Source: Cloacimonetes bacterium TCS62 (lineage in GTDB: Bacteria; Cloacimonadota; Cloacimonadia; Cloacimonadales; TCS61). From it: a DNA stretch of 34,636 nt. The stretch lies in assembly GCA_001577185.1 (NCBI GenBank), contig LSCM01000001.1, positions 1 to 34,636 on the forward strand, written 5' to 3'. The notes below the pieces were generated by a model. It made no database searches and was not told where the DNA came from. It saw only the letters and a list, made by a program, of their open reading frames with translations. The translations under genes and the position numbers were made by a program. Shown here one piece after another: positions 15,500 through 24,320 of this stretch (positions are counted from its first letter, which is position 1; each line of letters opens with the position of its first letter).

Positions 15500-16435
15500 T
15501 TATTCAGTTTTATCCTCATCAAAATAACTTCGAGTCTGCTCTATATCAAGTTGGATTTGATCAATAAGATCAGCTCTAGCCTCATAGTATAATTCATCTC
15601 TCAATCTTTTTACAAATTTTATTTCAACTTCTTTCCGGTAAAGATCACCGTCAAAATCTAAAATATGAGTTTCTATTTCTTTTACTCCGGTCTTTTTTAA
15701 AGTAGGAGAATATCCTATATTAGTAACACCCGTATACTCACAACCATCGACAGCTACTTTGCAAATATAAACACCTACTGAAGGCTCTAATTGAAATGCA
15801 TCTATAGGTTCAATATTTATTGTGGGAAATCCAATCTTTCTGCCTATTTTATCGCCACTTCTGATAATCCCAGTTACAGAGTAGAACCTGCCTAAGAATT
15901 GATTTGCTTGTTCCATATCACCTTCCCGGATAAAATCACGGATCCGACTACTGCTAATAATCTTATTCTTTATTCGATAGGGCTCGATCGCAGTGATCAA
16001 ATAGTGATATTTTTCAGCATTTTCCTCTAAGAATTTAAAATCACCTTCTCTATTTTTCCCAAAATGTGTATCGTAACCAATTACGATCTCACTTGGACCA
16101 ACTTCATTGATAATAATTTTTTTTAGAAATTCATCAGCACTCATATTTGCCATTTCTTGGTTAAAATCTAAATAAATGACACAATCTATACCCATTTGTT
16201 TTAATAAGTTTTCCTTATATTTTCTTTCAGTAAGAAGATAAGGAAAGGTCTTTTTGTGAATAGTTTCCAGGGGATGATGATAATATGAAATTGCTACTGA
16301 TTTTCTATTTTTTTGTTGCGCTTTAGATTTTATGATCTCTATCAAGTGTCTATGACCCAAATGAACACCATCAAATGTACCCATAGTAACGACCGGATCC
16401 TTAAAATCGCAAATTTGATTTTTAAAATAATTCAT
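15500..16435 (-). CDS. ribF: bifunctional riboflavin kinase / FMN adenylyltransferase
   Basis: GTFDGVHLGHRHLI nucleotidyltransferase motif and a C-terminal riboflavin-kinase region, GRKIGFPTINI...THILDFDGDLY. Confidence 0.9.
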   Translation of the reverse strand: MNYFKNQICDFKDPVVTMGTFDGVHLGHRHLIEIIKSKAQQKNRKSVAISYYHHPLETIHKKTFPYLLTERKYKENLLKQMGIDCVIYLDFNQEMANMSADEFLKKIIINEVGPSEIVIGYDTHFGKNREGDFKFLEENAEKYHYLITAIEPYRIKNKIISSSRIRDFIREGDMEQANQFLGRFYSVTGIIRSGDKIGRKIGFPTINIEPIDAFQLEPSVGVYICKVAVDGCEYTGVTNIGYSPTLKKTGVKEIETHILDFDGDLYRKEVEIKFVKRLRDELYYEARADLIDQIQLDIEQTRSYFDEDKTE

Positions 16436-16437
16436 AT

Positions 16438-17295
16438 TTACTCGATCATAACTTTTTTGGGATACAGAGTATTATTTTTTATTTTCGCAAATCCTACACA
16501 TCTGTTATTATACATAACCATGATATCTGAAATATCTTCATGTTCGACTGATATTTTCCTACCATTTGTAAAATAATCTAAACTATTTAGACTAATTTTG
16601 GGAAAATCTTTTAATATTTTTGAAATATCAAATAATGATTGTTTCCAATTATCCTCACTCAGCTTATTTAAGTCAACAGAATCTTCTATCAACAATTTTC
16701 CCACCTTTGTCCTCTGTAATTGATCTGTAAACCCAATCGTTCCTAAGATCTCCGCTATGGTTTCAGATAATACACGAATGTATGTGCCCTTACTTACAGT
16801 TGCTCTATAAATTAGAAATGGAGTATCATAGTTAATAAATGTAAAATCTAATATCTCAATATCTTTTGGTTTTAAATCAATTCTTTGATTTTTTCTGGCA
16901 TATTCATAAGCACGTTTTCCGTTTATTTTCTTAGCAGAATGTATGGGTGGGATTTGTTTGTTGATTTTCAGTATTTCAGGTACAATGTTCTTAATTTGTG
17001 AAAATTCCAATCTTGGAACTTGTGCTTTTTCTATTAATTGTCCGGTGTTATCTCCACTATCAGTTTTTTCACCTAACTTCATTTTAACTAAATATTGTTT
17101 ATTATTATTGGAGATCTTACCTGCCACTCTTGTAGCTTTACCAACACAAACTGGAAGCAGCCCTTCTGCAAATGGATCCAATGTTCCCGTATGTCCAATT
17201 TTTCTTATTTTTGTGATCTTACGTAGTCTTCTAATTACATCAAATGAAGTTAATCCTATGGGCTTATTGATCAATAGAATTCCTGAACTTTGCAT
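16438..17295 (-). CDS. truB: tRNA pseudouridine(55) synthase
   Basis: GILLINKPIGLTSFDVIRRLRK and GHTGTLDPFAEGLLPV (catalytic Asp motif). Position downstream of rbfA is typical. Confidence 0.92.
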   Translation of the reverse strand: MQSSGILLINKPIGLTSFDVIRRLRKITKIRKIGHTGTLDPFAEGLLPVCVGKATRVAGKISNNNKQYLVKMKLGEKTDSGDNTGQLIEKAQVPRLEFSQIKNIVPEILKINKQIPPIHSAKKINGKRAYEYARKNQRIDLKPKDIEILDFTFINYDTPFLIYRATVSKGTYIRVLSETIAEILGTIGFTDQLQRTKVGKLLIEDSVDLNKLSEDNWKQSLFDISKILKDFPKISLNSLDYFTNGRKISVEHEDISDIMVMYNNRCVGFAKIKNNTLYPKKVMIE

Positions 17296-17310
17296 CGAAG
17301 TTATCGACCT

Positions 17311-18297
17311 TTAAAGCTGTTTACGAATTTCTTTTATGATTTGCTTTTTTATATCAGGAAGGCTCCCTTTAATCTCACATCCGGAAGCTTTTATATGACC
17401 ACCACCACCAAATTTTACAGCAATTTTGTTAACATCGATATCATTACTTCTCAAACTTAAGCGATATCTCCTTGAATTGATTTCCTGAAAACAAACTGTA
17501 GCCTTAATTCCTCTTGTACCCTTTACCCACCTAGTCAATTTTGATGTTGCTTCAGAATCCAAATTATACTGTTCTAACATTTCTAAGGTTGTCCCCATAA
17601 ACAAGATCTGGTCATCTTCATAAGTTTGTATCTTAGATAGTACTTCTCCGATAAATTTCATCTGTTTAGGTGGTTTATTCAATAAGAAATGTTCAGTAAT
17701 ATAACCCGGTTTGATATTGTACTCCATAAGTTGGGAACAAATTCTAAAAGTCTCAGCATCTGTATTTGTATTTATAAAATTATCAGTGTCATTCAAAATA
17801 GTTGTATAAATCGCTTTAGCGATGTAATTAGCAGATTTTTTAGGAAATTTATTTAGCTCACTCTCGAATAAATTGAATAATATAGCTCCAACCGAAACCA
17901 TGTTAGTATCAATATATGTTAAGGAATTTTCTATGAGTTCTCCTTCTTTATGGTGATCGATAGAAATTATCTTTGAAGCTGTCGGAATAAGTGGAGCACA
18001 TGCACCAATCCTTGTTTTTTCATGACAGTCTAGAATGATTAAGAACTCGTAGTAATGATGATTTGAGAAAACTTGAGTTCTTTTCTCACCATTCAGGAAT
18101 TCATAAATTTCAGGAGAAGATCTTTCTAAAATAACATCAGCTTTTTTCTCTTTAACGGCAATTATTTCTTGTAAGGCAAGTGCTGCAGGCAGACCATCGC
18201 CATCTGGGTTTTTATGAGTAACAATCGCTATAGATGTATATTTTTTAATTGCATCGCTCAATTCTTCCTTGAGTTTTGCAATATTATCTATTTTCAT
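17311..18297 (-). CDS. nrnA: DHH/DHHA1-family phosphoesterase (NrnA-type oligoribonuclease / pAp phosphatase)
   Basis: Motifs HKNPDGDGL, SIDHHK and FGGGGHIKASG. Confidence 0.8.
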   Translation of the reverse strand: MKIDNIAKLKEELSDAIKKYTSIAIVTHKNPDGDGLPAALALQEIIAVKEKKADVILERSSPEIYEFLNGEKRTQVFSNHHYYEFLIILDCHEKTRIGACAPLIPTASKIISIDHHKEGELIENSLTYIDTNMVSVGAILFNLFESELNKFPKKSANYIAKAIYTTILNDTDNFINTNTDAETFRICSQLMEYNIKPGYITEHFLLNKPPKQMKFIGEVLSKIQTYEDDQILFMGTTLEMLEQYNLDSEATSKLTRWVKGTRGIKATVCFQEINSRRYRLSLRSNDIDVNKIAVKFGGGGHIKASGCEIKGSLPDIKKQIIKEIRKQL

Positions 18298-18303
18298 TCG
18301 TAT

Positions 18304-18654
18304 TTATTTCTCATGATCAATCTTTTTTAGAAGCTCTTCGATATGTCTGGCATTTTCTAAAACCTCATCATATTTAAAGATCAATTGAGGAATTTTCCTC
18401 ATGAATTTTGCTTTAGCAATTTCATTTTTAAGAAAGCCAGAACTTTTTTCCAGAGCTTTTTGAACTTCATCTCTATTTTCATCATTTAAATGAGTATAAT
18501 AAACTTTAGCATAGGACAGATCATTAGTTAGTTCTATCTCAGTAATAGTAATCATGTCTAAATATTTATTACGCAGTTCAAAATTAATTGCTTTACTTAA
18601 GATCTTTTTTAGTTCACTCTGCATTCTCTGAATACGAATATTTCCCATGAGCAA
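18304..18654 (-). CDS. rbfA: ribosome-binding factor A
   Basis: 116 aa, RIQRMQSELKKILS...ITITEIELTNDLSYAKVYY, immediately downstream of infB. Confidence 0.88.
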   Translation of the reverse strand: MLMGNIRIQRMQSELKKILSKAINFELRNKYLDMITITEIELTNDLSYAKVYYTHLNDENRDEVQKALEKSSGFLKNEIAKAKFMRKIPQLIFKYDEVLENARHIEELLKKIDHEK

Positions 18655-18662
18655 CCTTTGCT

Positions 18663-21038
18663 TTAAAGTTTTCTTTTCTTCTCAGCTATTATATAATTCT
18701 CAATGATATCGCCTTCTTTGATATCATTGTAATTCTCTATGCCAATTCCGCATTCTCGTCCTGCAATTACTTCTTTAGCATCATTTTTATAATGTTTTAG
18801 AGAATCCAGATTACCTTCATGAACAAGAATGTCATTTCTGAAAAGCCTAACCTTACCCTTGTTTGTAATTTTACCCTTTTCGACAGAGCAACCAGCAATA
18901 GCACCAACACCGGTGATTTTAAAAACTTGTTTAACAATAGCATTTCCGAGCGTTTTTTCTATGTGCTCGGGTTCTAACATACCGGACATTGCATTCTTAA
19001 CATCTTCTATTGCTTCATAGATAATTTGGTATAGTTTAATCTGAACATTTTCTTGCTCAGCAAGTTTTTGAGCCTTACTCTGCGCTCTCACATGAAAGCC
19101 AATGATTATTGCATTAGAAGCAGCTGCTAAATTTATATCCGCTTCATTAATACCACCAACAGCTTTTCTGATAATATTTACCACCACTTCATCTGTACTA
19201 AGTTTTTGGAATGAATCACAAAGAGCTCCTACGGAACCATCTGTATCACCTTTAACTACTAATTTTACTTCAGACATCTTATTTTCTTTAATCTTCTGGA
19301 ATAAATTATCAAGATTAGTGGTCGTTTGATATCGTTCTCTTTCTCTACGAACTTGTCTACGTTCAGAGCTAATTTGACGGGCAGTATTTTTGTCCTCAAC
19401 TTTATTTACAATATCTCCTGCCTTAGGAACATCATTTAATCCATAGATAACTGCCACATCTGCAGGTTGGATTTTGGTTAGTTCTTGGCTATTTTCGTTT
19501 TCCATCTTTCTAATACTTCCGTGAGTAGCACCACAAACTATATTATCGGATTTTTCAATAAATCCTTCTTGAACTAGAATTGTTGCCATTGTTCCCATGC
19601 GAGAATCTTTTTTAGCCTCAATCACAATTCCTTTCCCAAATGTTAAATATGGTGCTTTAATTTCTTTCATCTCTGCTGAAAGTAAGATCGATTCTAACAA
19701 CTCATCAATACCTTCACCAGTTTTAGCAGAACATTGTACCCAAACGACATCCCCACCATATTTTTCTAGCATCACATTTTGTTTCATGAGATCTGAAATC
19801 GTTCGATCTACATTAGCATCTTTAAGATCAATTTTATTTATTGCAACAATAATAGTTACACCAGCTGCTTTTGCATGATCTATAGCCTCGATTGTTTGTT
19901 GCTTAACACTTTCATTTGCAGCTACAACTATTACCGCAATATCTGTCAAATTCGCACCTCTGGCTCGCATTGCGGCAAAAGCTTCATGACCTGGCGTATC
20001 GAGAAAAGTAATTTTCTTTTTATTAAATTCTATTTGATAAGCACCAATATGCTGAGTTATTCCACCAGATTCTCCAGCAACAACATTAGTTTTACGAATT
20101 TTATCTAAGATCGCTGTTTTACCATGATCGACATGACCCATAACAGTAACAACAGGAGGGCGGACTTTCTTCTCAACATCTTCTTCTTCAGTAGTTTCTG
20201 TTTCTAATATATCTGAACCATACTCATCATGGAATTCAACATCAAAATCAAATTCATCACAGATCATTTCCAAAGAATCCTTATCCAAGCGTTGGTTCAT
20301 TGTAACCATCTGACCTAAATTAAAGAATTTAGCGATAATCTCAGTTGGTGCAACGCTCATTAATTTAGCCAATTCACTAACAGATGTAAACTCATTAATC
20401 ACTAGTTTTGATTCTTTTTTCTTATCTTTTTCATCTTTTTTATATTTCTTTTTACTCTTAGCAGTAGCTTTTAATGTCTTCTTAATATTTTTTGATATTT
20501 CAGCCTCTTTTTGTTCAGCTGTTTTCTTTCTACCTTTAGAAGCTTCGTATCTATCTTGTTCTTGTTTTTTTTCCAGCTTTTCTTTTTGTAATCTTTTTTT
20601 CTCTCTTTTAGAAAGCCCTTCAGGAATAACATCTGGTTGTTTAGGAGGTTTTCTTTCAGTTTGAACAGACTTCTTCTTTCTACCTCGTTTCTTCTTCTTC
20701 TTAATATCTTTTTTGACAAACTTAGGAATACTCTTCTTACTTTTTTGAGTTGTTTTCTTTTGCTCTGTCTTATCTCTTTGAGTTTTTCCCTGCTTTTTAT
20801 CTTTGCTTTTTTTCTTCTTCTTTAATACTATCTTCTTATGATATGCTGCGCTATCATGTTGCCTCTTTTTGATATTCTCAACCTCTTGCATAAACATAGC
20901 ACGGATTTTTTTCTCAACTTTTTCATCAACAGGGCTCATATGGCTTTTTACTTTCACACCTATATCTGCTAGATGTTTTTTGAGTGCAGCTGTTGAAATC
21001 TTTAATTCTTTTGCTAATTGATGTACTTTAATAGCCAT
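18663..21038 (-). CDS. infB: translation initiation factor IF-2
   Basis: G-domain motifs GHVDHGKT, DTPGHEAF and NKID. Long Lys-rich low-complexity N-terminal region. Lies in the nusA-infB-rbfA context. Confidence 0.96.
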   Translation of the reverse strand: MAIKVHQLAKELKISTAALKKHLADIGVKVKSHMSPVDEKVEKKIRAMFMQEVENIKKRQHDSAAYHKKIVLKKKKKSKDKKQGKTQRDKTEQKKTTQKSKKSIPKFVKKDIKKKKKRGRKKKSVQTERKPPKQPDVIPEGLSKREKKRLQKEKLEKKQEQDRYEASKGRKKTAEQKEAEISKNIKKTLKATAKSKKKYKKDEKDKKKESKLVINEFTSVSELAKLMSVAPTEIIAKFFNLGQMVTMNQRLDKDSLEMICDEFDFDVEFHDEYGSDILETETTEEEDVEKKVRPPVVTVMGHVDHGKTAILDKIRKTNVVAGESGGITQHIGAYQIEFNKKKITFLDTPGHEAFAAMRARGANLTDIAVIVVAANESVKQQTIEAIDHAKAAGVTIIVAINKIDLKDANVDRTISDLMKQNVMLEKYGGDVVWVQCSAKTGEGIDELLESILLSAEMKEIKAPYLTFGKGIVIEAKKDSRMGTMATILVQEGFIEKSDNIVCGATHGSIRKMENENSQELTKIQPADVAVIYGLNDVPKAGDIVNKVEDKNTARQISSERRQVRRERERYQTTTNLDNLFQKIKENKMSEVKLVVKGDTDGSVGALCDSFQKLSTDEVVVNIIRKAVGGINEADINLAAASNAIIIGFHVRAQSKAQKLAEQENVQIKLYQIIYEAIEDVKNAMSGMLEPEHIEKTLGNAIVKQVFKITGVGAIAGCSVEKGKITNKGKVRLFRNDILVHEGNLDSLKHYKNDAKEVIAGRECGIGIENYNDIKEGDIIENYIIAEKKRKL

Positions 21039-21051
21039 TATTCCTCCAGTT

Positions 21052-21351
21052 TTATACCAAGTCTATTATTCCTTTCGAAAAATTGCTATCTTCTACGCTG
21101 ATAATACCAATTTCTCGAACTTTGAATGAGCTACTGATCTCTGCTTTTGTACTAAACTCTATCACTTTTACATTATAAGCACCCGCAAAGGCAATACAAC
21201 TTTTTTTAGTCTTCTTAGCAAGATCAGATGCAATTATCATTAATCTAGAATTTCCAATGAAACAAGATTTTTCACAAGCATCATAACCGGTTTTTATCTT
21301 GCCAGCTTTCCTTGCTAAATGCAACAAATTCATAATTTTTTTCTCATTCAT
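21052..21351 (-). CDS. ylxQ: L7Ae/L30e-family RNA-binding protein (YlxQ-like)
   Basis: 99-aa protein, LARKAGKIKTGYDACEKS...LMIIASD, located between ylxR and infB as in Bacillus-type nusA operons. Confidence 0.7.
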   Translation of the reverse strand: MNEKKIMNLLHLARKAGKIKTGYDACEKSCFIGNSRLMIIASDLAKKTKKSCIAFAGAYNVKVIEFSTKAEISSSFKVREIGIISVEDSNFSKGIIDLV

Positions 21352-21566
21352 ATTTTATGCTTTTTAACCCATTTATCAATTTTCTTTATACATTTATTTT
21401 CATCACAAACATAATATCCGCGATCCTGAATGTTCCGTTTCAGATCAAAGATCACATTATTCTTTATAATTGCGAAACGAATCAATTCGGACACACTTTT
21501 TTTTCTTCTGCAAACTACACAAGTTCTCTGAGGAATATGTGCAGCATGTGACGATCTATTTACCAT
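21348..21566 (-). CDS. ylxR: YlxR-family (DUF448) RNA-binding protein
   Basis: 72 aa with PQRTCVVCRRKKSVSELIRF and RGYYVC. Overlaps neighbours by 4 nt and 1 nt. Canonical position after nusA. Confidence 0.8.
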   Translation of the reverse strand: MVNRSSHAAHIPQRTCVVCRRKKSVSELIRFAIIKNNVIFDLKRNIQDRGYYVCDENKCIKKIDKWVKKHKI

Positions 21567-22798
21567 TAGAAGAACTTAGCGGAATCTTTGATTTTTTTTG
21601 CTGTTTTCGTACCCAAACCTTCTAAGTTGCACAGCTCTTTAATAGATGCTTCATAAATATCCTGCACTGAGGTATAACCATACTTTTTTAAAATTTCTGC
21701 AACTTTACTAGTCACACCATCCAGATCGCTTACATGGCTTGTAACCCTGAGTTCTTCCGAGATCTTATCTTCAAATTCTTCTTCTAAATATATATCTAGT
21801 TTATAATCAGTTAATTTAGCAGCTAGTTTCACATTCTTACCACGTTTTCCTATAGCAAGATTTTTGTTTTCTCTACTAACAATAATCCTAGCAAATTTTC
21901 CTCTCTCAGCTAAATACACCTTATCAACCAGATCAGCGCCAATTGCATTAGCAATTAACTGTTCAGGGGAATCGTCCCAGAGAACTACATCAACTTGTTC
22001 GTTATTCAGTTCTTTACGAATCGCTTCAATCCTAACTCCATGAGGGCCAAGGCATGCTGCGACAGCATCTATGTTTTCATTCAAAGACTTAACTGCTACT
22101 TTTGATTTCATACCAGGTTCGCGTACTATTTTTTTTATTTCGATCTCTCCCGATGAGATCTCAGGTATCTCATTCTCAAATAATCTCTTAACTAGCTCGG
22201 GGCGTATTCTAGAGAGAATAACAACAACATCTTTTCTACGCTTACGAATATTAACAACATAGGCTCTTATGATATCACCTGTTTTATAAAATTCATCATC
22301 AACCTGTTCATCAAGAGGAAGTAGAGCGTCCGTATAACCAAGATCAACCAAATAACCAAAATAATCTTCTTTTCTTATCCGGCCAGAGACGATTTGATTT
22401 TTCTGCTTTTCATAATCAAATAATATTCTATCTTCTTCCAAAGCTTTAATTCTTTCCATAATTGCTTTTCTGGCATTTTTTATTACTTTTGGTTCGAATT
22501 CTTGCAATTGCATTTCAATAGGGATTTTATCACCTAATTCAATATCCGGTGCATTTATTTTCGCATCTTCCAAAGATATTTCACCCAATGAATGATCTTG
22601 CTCCACAACAACTTTCTTAAATTTTACAAGCATTTTACTTGCATCAAAATCAGAAACGATCTCTAATTCATTATCCGAAGTTAATTTCTTAGATATTGCT
22701 TGATACAACCCCTCTTCAATAATCTCAGCTAATTTATTTTTATCCAATTGTTTCAAGTTTGCCAATTGAGAAAGAGTCCCCATTAAATTATTACTCAT
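21566..22798 (-). CDS. nusA: transcription termination/antitermination factor NusA
   Basis: N-terminal domain, S1-like region (VSGRIRKEDYFGYLVDLG), KH motifs (CLGPHGVRIEAIRKEL; AIGKRGKNVKLAAKLT) and a C-terminal HhH-like tail. Confidence 0.95.
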   Translation of the reverse strand: MSNNLMGTLSQLANLKQLDKNKLAEIIEEGLYQAISKKLTSDNELEIVSDFDASKMLVKFKKVVVEQDHSLGEISLEDAKINAPDIELGDKIPIEMQLQEFEPKVIKNARKAIMERIKALEEDRILFDYEKQKNQIVSGRIRKEDYFGYLVDLGYTDALLPLDEQVDDEFYKTGDIIRAYVVNIRKRRKDVVVILSRIRPELVKRLFENEIPEISSGEIEIKKIVREPGMKSKVAVKSLNENIDAVAACLGPHGVRIEAIRKELNNEQVDVVLWDDSPEQLIANAIGADLVDKVYLAERGKFARIIVSRENKNLAIGKRGKNVKLAAKLTDYKLDIYLEEEFEDKISEELRVTSHVSDLDGVTSKVAEILKKYGYTSVQDIYEASIKELCNLEGLGTKTAKKIKDSAKFF

Positions 22799-22813
22799 AA
22801 TTTCCTCATTAAT

Positions 22814-23281
22814 TTATTTTCTATCTTTTAGATCTTTTTTATAATCAAAATACACTCTTGCCTTTTTAATATTCACTAATGGAATTTCTGCTGTTGCATC
22901 AACAAAATCCATTTTGATCACATCTGGTAATACTTCTTTTAACACACCGATCTTTTTAATATTCTTTTTACCATTGGAAAAGGTTAGTTTAACCTTTTCT
23001 CCAATAGCTCCTAAATAATGTTTTTTCAATTTCAAATCTCGTTCTAGGCCAGGAGAAGATACTTCAAGAAAGTATTTACTACTTCCAAAATCCTGTTCAT
23101 CCAGAATATCTGAAATAGCTCTACTCACTTTTTGACACTCTTCAACGGTTACATCATTGATTTTAGTAATGTAAATAATAATAATAAGCCCTTTGGAAGC
23201 GTGCTTTAATTCAATATCATAAAGGGCTACTTTATTTTTATTACACACTTGCTTAGCTATCTTTTCAATTTTTTCCAACAT
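22814..23281 (-). CDS. rimP: ribosome maturation factor RimP
   Basis: LEVSSPGLERDLK motif. The track ORF starts at TTG 23341, but that extension has no SD and runs through a strong hairpin (23306-23327). The internal ATG 23281 gives a typical RimP N-terminus, MLEKIEKIAKQV. Confidence 0.85.
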   Translation of the reverse strand: MLEKIEKIAKQVCNKNKVALYDIELKHASKGLIIIIYITKINDVTVEECQKVSRAISDILDEQDFGSSKYFLEVSSPGLERDLKLKKHYLGAIGEKVKLTFSNGKKNIKKIGVLKEVLPDVIKMDFVDATAEIPLVNIKKARVYFDYKKDLKDRK

Positions 23282-23305
23282 ACAATATATCCCGTTTATA
23301 TTAAC

Positions 23306-23336
23306 AAACCACTGTGAACAGTGGTTTTTATTTTTT
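23306..23336 (+). other. strong stem-loop in the rimP leader; its T run lies on the plus strand
   Basis: 9-bp stem AAACCACTG (23306-23314) / CAGTGGTTT (23319-23327), 4-nt loop, followed on the plus strand by TTATTTTTT. On the minus strand (rimP sense) it is preceded by an A run and followed by GTTAATAT. Confidence 0.6.
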
Positions 23337-23522
23337 ATCAAAAAAAACGCTGACTTGTAGCCAGCTAAAAAATATGTGCTTTTCGCATTTTTTATTGATT
23401 TACGAAAATAAAATTAGACCCCAGCTGTCAAGACTTAATTCATATTGCTTATATAAATGTAGCAAGTTAAAGATTGACAGCTTATAATTCATTTATCCAA
23501 TTGTTAAATTGAAGGAGGTTCT

Positions 23523-24320
23523 ATGAAATACAAAATTGGTGTTTGCCAATTTAAGCCTAAATTTTTAGATACTACCTATAATTTGGAACAAATGAAAAGT
23601 TTAGTCGGAAATATTCAAGCAGATCTCATCGTTTTACCTGAACTCGCAACTTCAGGTTACTTCTTCAACTCAAAAAAACAATTAATAACAATCTCAGAAG
23701 ATGCATATCAGGGGCAAACTGCCGATCTGTTTTTGAAACTTGCAAAAAAGAACAAAACTAGCTACGTTGTAGGTTTCTCAGAAAAATTTAAAGATAAAAT
23801 ATTTAATTCATCCATGTTGGTCAATCCAAACGGAGATATTCATGTTTATCGTAAAACTCACCTATTCTACGAGGAAACAAAGTGGTTTAATCCTGGTAAT
23901 ACAGGCTTTAAAGTATTTAATGCGAAGGACAATGTTAAAGTTGGAATGATGATTTGTTTCGATTGGATATTCCCGGAATCTGCCAGATCATTAGCATTGA
24001 ATGGTGCTCAAATTATTGCTCATCCTGCCAATTTAGTTCTCCCATGGTGTCAACAAGCTATGATAACTCGTTCTCTCGAAAATAGAGTGTTTTCCATAAC
24101 TGCGAATAGAATTGGTAATGAGCAAAACGACTCTCAAAAACTCACATTTACTGGCTTGAGTCAGATGTTAAATACAAAGGGTGAAGTTCTGAAAAAATTA
24201 AATAAGACCGAAGAATCAGTTCATTTAGTTTCAATTGATCCAGAAAAGGCGGATGATAAAAGCATAACAGAGTATAATAACGCATTTGGAGATAGAAGAA
24301 CAGAATACTATAATCTATGA
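23523..24320 (+). CDS. carbon-nitrogen hydrolase (nitrilase superfamily) protein
   Basis: Glu-Lys-Cys triad contexts: LIVLPELATSGY, VYRKTHLF, VGMMICFDWIFPE. SD GAAGGAGG upstream. Confidence 0.85.
   Translation: MKYKIGVCQFKPKFLDTTYNLEQMKSLVGNIQADLIVLPELATSGYFFNSKKQLITISEDAYQGQTADLFLKLAKKNKTSYVVGFSEKFKDKIFNSSMLVNPNGDIHVYRKTHLFYEETKWFNPGNTGFKVFNAKDNVKVGMMICFDWIFPESARSLALNGAQIIAHPANLVLPWCQQAMITRSLENRVFSITANRIGNEQNDSQKLTFTGLSQMLNTKGEVLKKLNKTEESVHLVSIDPEKADDKSITEYNNAFGDRRTEYYNL

Noticed and set aside
20471-20719. 82-aa same-strand alternative-frame ORF and several antisense ORFs inside infB (18829-20825)
   Set aside because: They lie wholly within the well-supported IF-2 reading frame. The 82-aa frame is a Lys/Arg-rich read of the AAG/AAA-rich low-complexity region. 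There are no independent signals.
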